From a bacterium (GTDB lineage: Bacteria > Sysuimicrobiota > Sysuimicrobiia > Sysuimicrobiales > Humicultoraceae), in assembly GCA_041497675.1 (NCBI GenBank), contig JBGQGY010000029.1:1-32225 (forward strand): a stretch of DNA of 32,225 nucleotides. Reading direction: 5' to 3'. The position numbers and the translations under genes are program-made. The notes beneath the pieces were generated by a model, which saw only the letters and a list, made by a program, of their open reading frames with translations, ran no database searches and was not told where the DNA came from. Positions 9,272 to 18,430 of this stretch are shown piece after piece. The number at the start of each line of letters is the position of its first letter. The first letter of the stretch is position 1.

Positions 9272-11280
9272 TGCCGGTCGATCCCGTTTTTCTCGAGATC
9301 TTCAAGAATCGTATCCAGGCAATCAGCGAGGAGATGGCCAGCGTCGTGCTCCGAACGGGGTTTACGGTGTTCGTCAAGGAGACCGCCGATTTCGGCACCT
9401 TCCTCCTCACCCCCAAAGGCGAGACGTTTGGCTCACCCGCCGTCACCGGCGTGAACCTCTCGCTGGGGATGCCGGGCGAAGACACGATTGCCGCTTTCGG
9501 CGAATGGCACGAGGGCGACATCGTCATGACGAACGATCCCTTCACGACCGGTGGCATGTCCACCCATTTGGCCGACGTCTTCCTCATGCGACCGGTCTTT
9601 GCGCAGGGGCGCCTCATCGCGTTTGGGCTGGCCTTTATCCACTCGTCCGACGTCGGCGGCAAGGTGCCGGGAAGCATTACGCCCACGGCGTACGACATCT
9701 ATCAGGAAGGCGTGCGCATCACGCCCGTCAAGCTGTACGAGCGGGGCGTGCTGAACGAGACGGTGCTGCGTCTCTTCTTGGACAACTGCCGGATCCCCGA
9801 ACAGAACTGGGGCGACCTGAAGGCCCTCATGGCCGGGCTCAACGTCGGCGCGCGCCGGCTAAACGAACTGGCGGACCGCTATGGAGTCGAGCAGGTCGAA
9901 ACCGGTATCGAGGCGCTACTGGCGTACGCCGAGTACCAAGTCCGCGCGATGATCCGCGAGATCCCCGACGGCGAGTACACCTTCTGGGACTATCTGGAAA
10001 GCGGCCCCGGAGGGTATCCGATCCGGCTGCGCTGCCGGCTGGCCGTCAGCGGCGACGAAATCCTCATGGATTTCGAGGGCACCGATCCGCAGGTGCGCGC
10101 CGCGTTCAATCTCCCGTCGTGCAACAAGCAGGGGCATTACATGCTGGTGCCGACGCTGGTGCGGTACTTCCGCACGCTCGACCCGGCGATCCCGTGGAAT
10201 TCCGGGATGGTGCGGATGATCGCCAGCCACGCCCCGGCGGGCAGCCTGCTCAACCCGTACCCGCCGGCGGCGGTGGGTGTCCGCGCCGCCACGTTCATCC
10301 GAGTGATGGATGTGGTCCTGGGGGCGTTGGGTCAGGCGCAACCGGACCGTCTGCCCGCCGCGGGCGCCGGACAAGCGTGTATCGTGCTGCTCTCGATGAT
10401 CGACGCGCAGAGCGGTCGGCATCGCGTCGGTGTGGTGCAGCCGATCTGCGGAGGCTCGGGCGGGCGGCCGATGCGGGACGGGATCGACGGCATGGACTTC
10501 TCCGTCGGGTATCTGCGCAACGTCCCCGCGGAGACGCTCGAGACCGACATGCCGGTCCTGATCGAGCGCTACGGCCTGCGCCCGGACTCGGGCGGCCCCG
10601 GCGTATTCCGCGGTGGCTGCGGGATCGAACTCACTGTGCGGGTCTTTGCGCCCGACACCGTACTGACCGCGCGAGGCATGGAGCGGTTGCAGTTCCAGCC
10701 GTGGGGACGCGCGGGCGGGCGGCCCGGGGCGCAGGGGACGGCGATCACCAACATCGAGACGCCCGACGCGACGCCGACGGGACGCATCGACGAACTGCTG
10801 CTGCAACCCGGCGACACCATCACGTTCCTGTCGCAGGGCGGCGGAGGGTTTGGGGATCCGTACGCTCGTGATCCTTCGGCGGTGTTGTCCGATGTCCGCC
10901 GCGGGCTCGTCACGGCCGGGGCCGCCCGTGAAGCGTACGGCGTCGCGCTCTCGGATGACCATGTCGACGTTGAGGCGACGCGCGCGCTACGGGCGGCGGA
11001 GCGCGGATCCGGCGCGGCGTTCGACTTCGGGCCAGAGCGGGAGCGCTTTGAGACCATCTGGACCGACGCCATGCAACTGTCGCTCAACCGCGCGCTCGGC
11101 GCGCATCCCCTGGCCTTGCGAAACTACCTCAAACAGCGCGCCATGCAGGAGGTCGAACGCCGGGCTGCCGCCGGTGGGCGCCCGGAGCCAACGACGCTCT
11201 CGGACCTTGTGCGGGAGATCGCCGACGGGATCGCGGCCGGGCGCCGGGCCGAGCGCCCCTTTGGACAGGTGGGCGGCTAG
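9271..11280 (+). CDS. Hydantoinase B / oxoprolinase family subunit
   Basis: TAATG overlap with subunit A; NDPF.GG.STHLAD, HSSDVGG, DSGGPGVFRGG, GGGGFGDP. Confidence 0.95.
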   Translation: MPVDPVFLEIFKNRIQAISEEMASVVLRTGFTVFVKETADFGTFLLTPKGETFGSPAVTGVNLSLGMPGEDTIAAFGEWHEGDIVMTNDPFTTGGMSTHLADVFLMRPVFAQGRLIAFGLAFIHSSDVGGKVPGSITPTAYDIYQEGVRITPVKLYERGVLNETVLRLFLDNCRIPEQNWGDLKALMAGLNVGARRLNELADRYGVEQVETGIEALLAYAEYQVRAMIREIPDGEYTFWDYLESGPGGYPIRLRCRLAVSGDEILMDFEGTDPQVRAAFNLPSCNKQGHYMLVPTLVRYFRTLDPAIPWNSGMVRMIASHAPAGSLLNPYPPAAVGVRAATFIRVMDVVLGALGQAQPDRLPAAGAGQACIVLLSMIDAQSGRHRVGVVQPICGGSGGRPMRDGIDGMDFSVGYLRNVPAETLETDMPVLIERYGLRPDSGGPGVFRGGCGIELTVRVFAPDTVLTARGMERLQFQPWGRAGGRPGAQGTAITNIETPDATPTGRIDELLLQPGDTITFLSQGGGGFGDPYARDPSAVLSDVRRGLVTAGAAREAYGVALSDDHVDVEATRALRAAERGSGAAFDFGPERERFETIWTDAMQLSLNRALGAHPLALRNYLKQRAMQEVERRAAAGGRPEPTTLSDLVREIADGIAAGRRAERPFGQVGG

Positions 11281-11750
11281 CGGGCGGGGTCTGCGGGCTG
11301 GCGCTCCCGGGCCATGAACTCGTCGATATCGGCGCGGTAGCGGGCCGTGCGGGCGTTGAAGTCTGTGATGTTCGCCTGAAGAGACTCAATGCGGTGGTTG
11401 TATACCATCACGTCGAACTGATCGTCCGCGGCGGGCGCGGGTGGCATCCCGTCGGGAAATTGCTGGCGCCGCCGTGTGATGTTGTCGCGCAACGCCGCGA
11501 GTTCTCGTTTCTCTCTCTGGAGGGTCTCGCGCCCGCGCTCGAGATCCTCGCCGACCGCCATCAACTCGGCGCGGCGACGACGCACGTCCTCAGGTTCCCC
11601 CGGCCGCGGCGCCGAGATCCGCACGGGCGAACCCTCCGCCTGATCCGGTGCGCCGCGGATGTTGAGCCGGCCCAAGACCACCGACCAGGCCATGACGCCG
11701 ACTGCGAAGACGACGACCACGATGAGGTAGACTGCCACCCGGCTCCGCAT
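11277..11750 (-). CDS. Hypothetical protein with N-terminal membrane anchor and coiled-coil
   Basis: Hydrophobic N-terminal helix, charged heptad-rich region; last gene of the upp-fusion run. Confidence 0.65.
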   Translation of the reverse strand: MRSRVAVYLIVVVVFAVGVMAWSVVLGRLNIRGAPDQAEGSPVRISAPRPGEPEDVRRRRAELMAVGEDLERGRETLQREKRELAALRDNITRRRQQFPDGMPPAPAADDQFDVMVYNHRIESLQANITDFNARTARYRADIDEFMARERQPADPAR

Positions 11751-11793
11751 GTCATTGAGGTGTATGCCCTGATCGGGCCCTCAGCGGACGTGG

Positions 11794-13530
11794 TCATGCG
11801 GTCGCCGGCGCGCGGGTGGCGCGAGGGCTGTCGCGGCCCGCAGTCTGAACTTCGAACCCGAGCTCCGTCGCGCGTGACACGAAGAAGTCGATATTCTCGG
11901 TCTTGGTCCGGTCGCCAATACTGGCGCGGTCATAACACCCGTCGATGGCCAGGACCACCGTCTCGGCCAGACACGCCGGCACGAGCCCCGGCCCGTAGCC
12001 CATGTCCAGCTGGCCCCGTGGATCGCCGGGCAGCCGCACCACCCCGCCGGGAATCACCTCGACGTCTTCACGCGCGACCACCGAGATGTCGACGTCGTAG
12101 GGCCGGCCGAGGTCAAAGATCACGGCGCCGCTGCGGACGTGCTGAGGGAAGATGACCGGCGCGGGTTCCGACGTGGCGGTGAAAACCGCGTCGGCCTCGC
12201 GCGCCGTGTTGAGATCGACGCTCACGTCGATGACGACGCTGCGATACCGCCGCTGCAGCAACTCGCGCGACCGTTCGAGGCGTTCCAGACTCGTCCCGAT
12301 CATGATCAGCCGCCCGACGTGCTCGACGACCGCGCGGCAGATGCCGAATCCCACCACGCCGTTGGCGCCCACGACAGCGGCCGCCGCCCGCGACGGATCG
12401 ACGCCGCGCGCCCGCAGCCGCGCCAGGACCAGCGGCACGGCCATCTTCACGGTGCCCGCTGTATACGCGCCGCCGTTGGTGACCGCGATGGGTGACCGCG
12501 CGGCGACGTCGACGCCTTTGTTGCCGACCACCGACCAGTACGCGCCCAGCCCCAGCACGGTCGCGCCCAGATTCGCCGCCAGGTGCGCCGCTTGAAGCGC
12601 GCGGCGCACCGCGAGCGCCGGTTCGGTCCGGATCTGATCGGGCAGCAGCGGCACGGCGATCAAATAGAGGCGCGCGCGCCGGCCATCGCGGGTCGTGATG
12701 TTGCGCAGTTCGTCCACCTTCATGGGCCGCATGAATCGGGCCAGCCACCGCACGGCGCGGTCCGAGATCAATCCCCGCTGCTGCAGGGGGCCCAGCCAGC
12801 GAAACCGGTTCGCCTCCCACACGTCACGGACGGTCATGGGGTGAATGAGAAACGCGGCCACCGCCTCCCCGCCATCGAGCCACGGCAGCGGGAGCCGGTC
12901 GCCGATTCGAGGCTCGACGCCATCGGCGATCCGGGCAAGGTGTTCCTTATAGTTCCACAGCGTGACGATGGCATACGCGGCGCCGAGCGCGAGAAAGGCC
13001 GTGTGCGCGCCGGTCAGCCACAGCGTCACCGGCAGGCTCACGGCGGCCAGCACCGTCGCCAGCGACAGATAGCCCCACGCCCGCCCCAGCGCGCGCGGCA
13101 CGACCAGCGTGGCCGCAGCGACGATCATCGGGATCGCCACGGCGGTCGGGGCGATGTCACCCAGCGCCGCCAGCGTCAGGACCGCCCCAAACGCGACAAC
13201 GGTGCTCTTCATGCGGCCGGCCGTCGATCGCACGATGAGCCAGACGGGAGAGTACGCGTGACCGAGGATGACGGCGGCGGCGGACGCGGCCAGCGGCCAG
13301 GCCGACGCGTCGAGCGTGCGGGCCGCGAGGACGCCGAGCGCGCCCTTCGCCAGGTCGAGCCCAACGACGAGCCCGAGCGTGGGATAGCCGACGGCCGCGA
13401 TCACGGCGCCCAACCCAAGGTTGTGCGGGGATAGACGCCGGATGTCGAGACCGCGCATCTGCCGCGCCACGAGATAGCCGGTCGGCAGAGCGCCGATCGC
13501 GGCGGCCAGCAGCACGGCGAACACGACCAT
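11794..13530 (-). CDS. Fusion of a PlsY-like (G3P acyltransferase fold) membrane domain and an acyl-ACP-reductase-like NAD(P)-dependent dehydrogenase (COG5322-like)
   Basis: N-terminal multi-TM domain with DLAKG, LGHAYS, GVEPRIG; C-terminal AFLIHP, GLGAYWSVV, TNGGAYT, VVGANGVVG (Rossmann), DLGRPYDV, ACLAE; ATG 4 nt after upp stop. Confidence 0.82.
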   Translation of the reverse strand: MVVFAVLLAAAIGALPTGYLVARQMRGLDIRRLSPHNLGLGAVIAAVGYPTLGLVVGLDLAKGALGVLAARTLDASAWPLAASAAAVILGHAYSPVWLIVRSTAGRMKSTVVAFGAVLTLAALGDIAPTAVAIPMIVAAATLVVPRALGRAWGYLSLATVLAAVSLPVTLWLTGAHTAFLALGAAYAIVTLWNYKEHLARIADGVEPRIGDRLPLPWLDGGEAVAAFLIHPMTVRDVWEANRFRWLGPLQQRGLISDRAVRWLARFMRPMKVDELRNITTRDGRRARLYLIAVPLLPDQIRTEPALAVRRALQAAHLAANLGATVLGLGAYWSVVGNKGVDVAARSPIAVTNGGAYTAGTVKMAVPLVLARLRARGVDPSRAAAAVVGANGVVGFGICRAVVEHVGRLIMIGTSLERLERSRELLQRRYRSVVIDVSVDLNTAREADAVFTATSEPAPVIFPQHVRSGAVIFDLGRPYDVDISVVAREDVEVIPGGVVRLPGDPRGQLDMGYGPGLVPACLAETVVLAIDGCYDRASIGDRTKTENIDFFVSRATELGFEVQTAGRDSPRATRAPATA

Positions 13531-13534
13531 CGTC

Positions 13535-14164
13535 TTACTTTGTCCCAAACAGCCGGTCGCCGGCGTCGCCCAGCCCCGGCACGATGTAGCCCTTCTCGTT
13601 CAGATGACTGTCCACGGCGCCGGTGTAGATGTCGACGTCGGGATGGGCCGCGTGCACCTTCTTGATGCCCTCTGGGGCCGAGATGATGGCCATGACCTTG
13701 ACGGTGCGGCAGCCGCGCCCCTTCAACGTGTCGATGGCCGCGACGGTCGAACCGCCGGTCGCCAGCATCGGGTCGAGGATTATGGTCTGACGATCGGCGA
13801 TATCCGGCGGCAGTTTCACGAAGTAACTGACGGGCTGCAGCGTTTCGTGATCGCGATAGATGCCAATGTGCCCGACGCGCGCCGTGGGGATCAGCCGCGT
13901 GATGGCCTCCTCCATCGCGAGCCCGGCCCTGAGAATGGGGACGACCGCGATCTCCTGCCCGGCGATCGTCCAGCCCGTGGTCGTCGCCAGCGGCGTCTCG
14001 ACCTGAATCTCGCGGACCGGATGATGCCGCGTCGCCTCATAGGCCATCAACATGCTGAGCTCTTGGGTGATTTCCCGGAACTCTTTGTGCCCGGTCCGCT
14101 TGTCGCGCAGGATCGTCAGTTTGTGCCGGATCAGCGGGTGATCGAAGACGTGCACGTTGGGCAT
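13535..14164 (-). CDS. upp: Uracil phosphoribosyltransferase
   Basis: [41 protein letters not shown]. Confidence 0.97.
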   Translation of the reverse strand: MPNVHVFDHPLIRHKLTILRDKRTGHKEFREITQELSMLMAYEATRHHPVREIQVETPLATTTGWTIAGQEIAVVPILRAGLAMEEAITRLIPTARVGHIGIYRDHETLQPVSYFVKLPPDIADRQTIILDPMLATGGSTVAAIDTLKGRGCRTVKVMAIISAPEGIKKVHAAHPDVDIYTGAVDSHLNEKGYIVPGLGDAGDRLFGTK

Positions 14165-14245
14165 GGGGCCCTCCTGGAGGCGCGGGTCTGGTGCCCACCG
14201 AACATCAAAGATAGCACATGGTCTCTACCCCAGGGAGGGCCTGGA

Positions 14246-15574
14246 ATGCTGCTGGCGACGCACGATCCGGAACTGCACGCGTTGATGCAGCGGGAGCGCG
14301 AGCGGCAGCGCGACGGCGTCGAGTTGATCCCGTCGGAGAACTATGTCTCGGCCCCGGTGCTCGAAGCCATGGGCAGCATCCTGACCAACAAATACTCCGA
14401 GGGATACCCGGGGCGGCGCTACTACGGCGGCAACGAAGTCGTCGATGAGATCGAGCGGCTGGCGCAGCAGCGGGCGAAGACCCTGTTTGGGGTGCCCCAT
14501 GCCAACGTGCAGCCCTACTCCGGCAGCCCAGCCAATCTCGCGGTCTACATGGCCACCTGCCGGCCCGGCGACGTGATCATGGGTCACAACCTCCCCGACG
14601 GCGGTCACCTGACGCACGGCGCCAAAGTGAGCGCCAGCGGGATCTTCTACAAGAGCGTCCCCTATCACGTCGGCGCCGATGGCTTCATCGACTTCGACGA
14701 CGTCTGGCGCCTGGCCCGCGAACACCGGCCGAAGCTGATCTGGTGCGGGGGCACGGCGTATGCGCGCGAGTACCCGTTTGCCCGCTTTGCCGAGGTGGCC
14801 GATGAGGTCGGCGCGTTCTTTGCAGCCGATATCGCGCACGTCGCCGGGCTCGTGGTGGGCGGCGCGCACCCCAGCCCGTCGCCGCACGTGCACGTCGTCA
14901 CGACGACGACGCACAAGACCCTGCGCGGCCCGCGTGGCGCGATGATCATGGTCACGGATCGGGGGTTCAAGAAGGATGCCGAGCTCGCCGACCGAATCGA
15001 CCGCGCGGTCTTCCCGGGCCTGCAGGGCGGCCCGCACGACCACACGACCGCGGCGATCGCCGTGGCCCTCGGGGAGGCGATGAAACCCGAGTTCAAGACA
15101 TACGCGGCGGCAACTGTCGCCAACGCGAAGGCGCTGGCCAAGGCGCTGCTCGACCGAGACTTCCGGCTCGTCACGGGTGGCACGGACAATCACCTGCTGC
15201 TGGTGGACTTGACGCCCGATGGGAAGGGCCGCGGTGTCTTCATGCAGGAGGCCTTGGACGCGGTCGGCATCACCGTCAACAAGAACACGATTCCCCGGGA
15301 ACCGTCATCGGCGTTCTATCCGTCGGGGATCCGGCTGGGCACGCCAGCGGCGACGACCCGCGGGATGCGAGAAGCGGAAATGGCGCAGTTGGCAACCTGG
15401 CTGGCGGACGTGCGCCAGGAGGCGCTGGAGTTCCAGCTCCCGGACGACCGCGAGGCTCGGGCCCAGGTGCTGCGGCAGTTCCGGGCGTGGGTGAAGGACA
15501 ACCGTCGGCTGGCGGCGATCCACGAAAACGTGCGGACGCTGTGCCGTCGCTTCCCGGTGCCGGGGATACAGTAG
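14246..15574 (+). CDS. glyA: Serine hydroxymethyltransferase
   Basis: ELIPSENY, NKYSEGYPGRRYYGG, GGHLTHG, TTTTHKTLRGPRG (PLP Lys), FPGLQGGP; SD GGAGG before ATG 14246. Confidence 0.97.
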   Translation: MLLATHDPELHALMQRERERQRDGVELIPSENYVSAPVLEAMGSILTNKYSEGYPGRRYYGGNEVVDEIERLAQQRAKTLFGVPHANVQPYSGSPANLAVYMATCRPGDVIMGHNLPDGGHLTHGAKVSASGIFYKSVPYHVGADGFIDFDDVWRLAREHRPKLIWCGGTAYAREYPFARFAEVADEVGAFFAADIAHVAGLVVGGAHPSPSPHVHVVTTTTHKTLRGPRGAMIMVTDRGFKKDAELADRIDRAVFPGLQGGPHDHTTAAIAVALGEAMKPEFKTYAAATVANAKALAKALLDRDFRLVTGGTDNHLLLVDLTPDGKGRGVFMQEALDAVGITVNKNTIPREPSSAFYPSGIRLGTPAATTRGMREAEMAQLATWLADVRQEALEFQLPDDREARAQVLRQFRAWVKDNRRLAAIHENVRTLCRRFPVPGIQ

Positions 15575-15606
15575 ACTCCAGGTGTCTTCCGGAGGAGACT
15601 AGGGTC

Positions 15607-15858
15607 GTGACACTGAGCCGAATCATCGCGGGGGGCGGCCGCCGGTCCGGGCCCGAGCCGCCGTATGGCCGGCGGGGCCTCAAGGCGGTCTTCGTCCTTC
15701 TCTTACCGGCGTTCGTTGGAATACGTGCCGGTCTTCCCGTCTGGTGGATGCTTGGACCGATATTTGGCGTGTTACTCCTCAGCTGGATCGCTGACGTGAT
15801 CTGGGAGATCCGCACGGGTAATTGGCGTAACTGGACTCGGGTCGAGGTTCGTCGGTAG
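15607..15858 (+). CDS. Small hypothetical membrane protein (about two TM segments)
   Basis: SD GGAGGAG upstream of GTG 15607; hydrophobic Trp-rich 83 aa ORF filling the glyA-ABC gap. Confidence 0.5.
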   Translation: MTLSRIIAGGGRRSGPEPPYGRRGLKAVFVLLLPAFVGIRAGLPVWWMLGPIFGVLLLSWIADVIWEIRTGNWRNWTRVEVRR

Positions 15859-15901
15859 GTCACCTGAAACACGTGGGATAGATCGAGGAGGTGGACATCA
15901 T

Positions 15902-17482
15902 ATGAAACTGTGGCGTCTGGCAATCGTCGCAGGGGTGCTCGTAACTCTCGCGATTGCCGGTCTCGGGGCCGCGGCACCCGTCGCACCCAAGCCCACACAG
16001 GTGCTCCGGGTCGGCATCAACAGCGAACCGCCCGGTCTGGACATCATGTGGCAGACTGCCACCATCACCCAGGACATCATGCAGCACGTCTACGAGTTCC
16101 TGTTCACGATGGACCAGAGCCTCGACTTCAAGCCCATGCTGGCCGAAAAGATGGACGTGTCCAGCGACGGCCGGATCTTCACGATTGCGCTGCGCAAGGG
16201 GGTCCAGTTCCACAACGGGAAGGAACTCTCGGCGGAGGACGTCATCGCCTCCATGGAACGCTGGGTGCGTCTCGATGCCCGCGCCAAACGCTTCATGGAG
16301 AACCGCGAGACGCTCCGCGCCAAGGACAAGTACACCGTCGAGGTGAAGTTCCGGCAGCCCAACGGCGCGTTTCTCTCGGCCATTGCCATCCACAACAACG
16401 TGCTGGCGATCATGCCCAAGGAGATCGTCGAGAAGTACGCGAGCCCCGACCCGCGCGGCACCGAGATCAAGGAACCGGCCGACCTGATCGGCACCGGTCC
16501 CTATCGGATCGTGGAGTGGGCCCGCGACCGGCACGTGCGTCTCGCGAAGTTCGACAAGTACGCGCCGCGCAGCGAGCCCTCGAGCGGGATGGCCGGGCAG
16601 CGCACCGCCTGGGCGCAGGAAGTGCGCTTCGCCGTCATCAAAGACGACCTGACCCGCCTGAACGCCCTGATCGCCGGTGAGATCGATGTCGCGCACGTCC
16701 TGAACCCGGCACAGTACGCGCAGGTGCGGCTGAACGCGGCCGTCGACCCCTACATCGTCAAGCCCGGCTCGGCCCCGGTCGGCGTCTTCAACAAGAGCCA
16801 GGGCAACATGTTCCGCAATGAGAAACTGCGAAACGCCGCGCACTGGTCCATCGATTACAGCAAGGTGATGGCCGGGACGTTCGACAACCCCCTCTTCTTC
16901 CGCACCGCGCACGCGCTGGCCTCGCGCGAGTGGGGGTTCTGGTACAACGAGGCCGGGCGCGAGCTCTATAACAAGCCCGACCTGCCGAAAGCCCGCGCGC
17001 TCGCCGCCGAGGCCGGGTACCGGGGTGAACGCATCCGGTGGATCACCACGCGCGACTTCGACTACATGTATCGCTCGGCGCTCATTGCCTCGGAGCAGAT
17101 GAAGGAGGCCGGCTTCAACGTCGAGTTGATCATCGGTGACTGGCCGACGGTGATCAGCAACCGGGGCAAGCGCGAGGCGTACGAGATCTTCTCGACCGGC
17201 ATCGGCTTTGGCGGCGATCCGACCGCCACGGCGGCGTTCACCCCGGACTGGCCGGGCTTCTACGACGATCCTGACAACAACGCCAACTACAACGCGCTGC
17301 TGACCACGGTCGATCCCGCAAAACGCAAGCAACTCTTCGTCGAGCAGCAGCGGCTCTTCTGGGTGAAGAACCCCTACTTGCGATTTGGCGATTTCTTCAG
17401 CTTCCGCGCCGCGCGAAAGGAGGTCAAGGGCATCTTCGCGCGCGGTCCGGGATTCTACTGGAACGTGTGGATCGACAAATAA
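15902..17482 (+). CDS. ABC transporter substrate-binding protein, family 5 (DppA/OppA-like)
   Basis: SD GAGGAGG; signal peptide; LRKGVQFHNG, AEDVIAS, IGTGPY. Confidence 0.93.
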   Translation: MKLWRLAIVAGVLVTLAIAGLGAAAPVAPKPTQVLRVGINSEPPGLDIMWQTATITQDIMQHVYEFLFTMDQSLDFKPMLAEKMDVSSDGRIFTIALRKGVQFHNGKELSAEDVIASMERWVRLDARAKRFMENRETLRAKDKYTVEVKFRQPNGAFLSAIAIHNNVLAIMPKEIVEKYASPDPRGTEIKEPADLIGTGPYRIVEWARDRHVRLAKFDKYAPRSEPSSGMAGQRTAWAQEVRFAVIKDDLTRLNALIAGEIDVAHVLNPAQYAQVRLNAAVDPYIVKPGSAPVGVFNKSQGNMFRNEKLRNAAHWSIDYSKVMAGTFDNPLFFRTAHALASREWGFWYNEAGRELYNKPDLPKARALAAEAGYRGERIRWITTRDFDYMYRSALIASEQMKEAGFNVELIIGDWPTVISNRGKREAYEIFSTGIGFGGDPTATAAFTPDWPGFYDDPDNNANYNALLTTVDPAKRKQLFVEQQRLFWVKNPYLRFGDFFSFRAARKEVKGIFARGPGFYWNVWIDK

Positions 17483-18430
17483 ATGCGCGCGCACGTCGCG
17501 CGCCGCGTCCTGCTCCTCTTCCCCATGATGGTGGCGGTCGCCACCATCGTGTTCCTCCTCGTGCATCTCACGCCGGGTGATCCCGCCGCCGTCCTGGCCG
17601 GCGAAGCCGCCAGCCCCCAGGACGTCGAGACGATGCGAAAAGCGTTGGGTCTCGACCGCCCGCTCCCGGAGCAGTATTGGTCGTTCCTCACGCGTCTGTT
17701 CACGCGGCTCGACATGGGTGAGAGCTTGTTCCTCAAGATGCCGGTGACGAGGGCGATCGTCGATCGGCTGGAACCCACGCTGTTGCTCACGCTGCTGGCC
17801 GCCGTGTTCTCGGTGGGGCTCGGCATCCCGCTGGGCATAGGAGCCGCGGTCCGGCACAATCAGGCCACGGATCGCCTGCTGATGATCGTCGCGCTGCTGG
17901 GGTTGTCGATCCCCTCGTTCTGGCTGGGGATCAACCTGGCCATCGTGTTTGGATTGTGGATGAAGGCCCTCCCGGTGGCGGGCTACGCGCCGCTCGCCGA
18001 GGGTGTGTGGGCCAGCGTCCGCTACCTGATTCTCCCGGCAATGGCGCTGGGCTTCCCAGGCTCGGCCCTGATCGCGCGGATGATGCGCTCGTCGATGCTG
18101 GACGTGCTGCGGATGGACTACGTCCGCACCGCGCGCGCAAAAGGGTTGAGCGAACGGCTGACAGTCTACCGCCACGCGCTGAAGAACGGCCTCCTGCCTA
18201 CCCTCACCGTCATCGGGCTGTCGATCGCGGGGCTGGCCGGCGGGGCGGTGATCGTCGAGACGGTCTTTGCGGTGCCCGGCGCGGGGATGTTGGTGATCAA
18301 CGCGATCTCCCGGCGTGACTATCCGGTCATCCAAGGAGCAGTGCTATTTTCGGCGCTGCTCTACGTCGTGATCAACCTGATCGTCGATCTGATGTATGCC
18401 TACATCGATCCCAGGGTGAGGTACGACTGA
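17483..18430 (+). CDS. ABC transporter permease (DppB/OppB-like)
   Basis: PGDPA, GLDRPL, DYVRTARAKG (EAA loop), RDYPVIQG, DPRVRY. Confidence 0.94.
   Translation: MRAHVARRVLLLFPMMVAVATIVFLLVHLTPGDPAAVLAGEAASPQDVETMRKALGLDRPLPEQYWSFLTRLFTRLDMGESLFLKMPVTRAIVDRLEPTLLLTLLAAVFSVGLGIPLGIGAAVRHNQATDRLLMIVALLGLSIPSFWLGINLAIVFGLWMKALPVAGYAPLAEGVWASVRYLILPAMALGFPGSALIARMMRSSMLDVLRMDYVRTARAKGLSERLTVYRHALKNGLLPTLTVIGLSIAGLAGGAVIVETVFAVPGAGMLVINAISRRDYPVIQGAVLFSALLYVVINLIVDLMYAYIDPRVRYD

Noticed and set aside
14167..14242. Imperfect inverted repeat GGCCCTCC(C)TGG flanking the upp-glyA spacer as an invertible promoter
   Set aside because: Explained by the two divergent GGAGGG Shine-Dalgarno sites; no recombinase nearby
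13604..14245. N-terminal extension of glyA (656-aa ORF); likewise extensions of the racemase (to 7548), FGGY kinase (from 19430) and RraA (to 6365)
   Set aside because: Extensions overlap neighbouring real genes; homology and SD or coupling positions point to downstream starts
15860..18334. 824-aa minus-strand ORF and many other long antisense or alternate-frame ORFs
   Set aside because: Shadow ORFs of well-supported genes in GC-rich DNA; Arg/Gly/His-rich, no motifs
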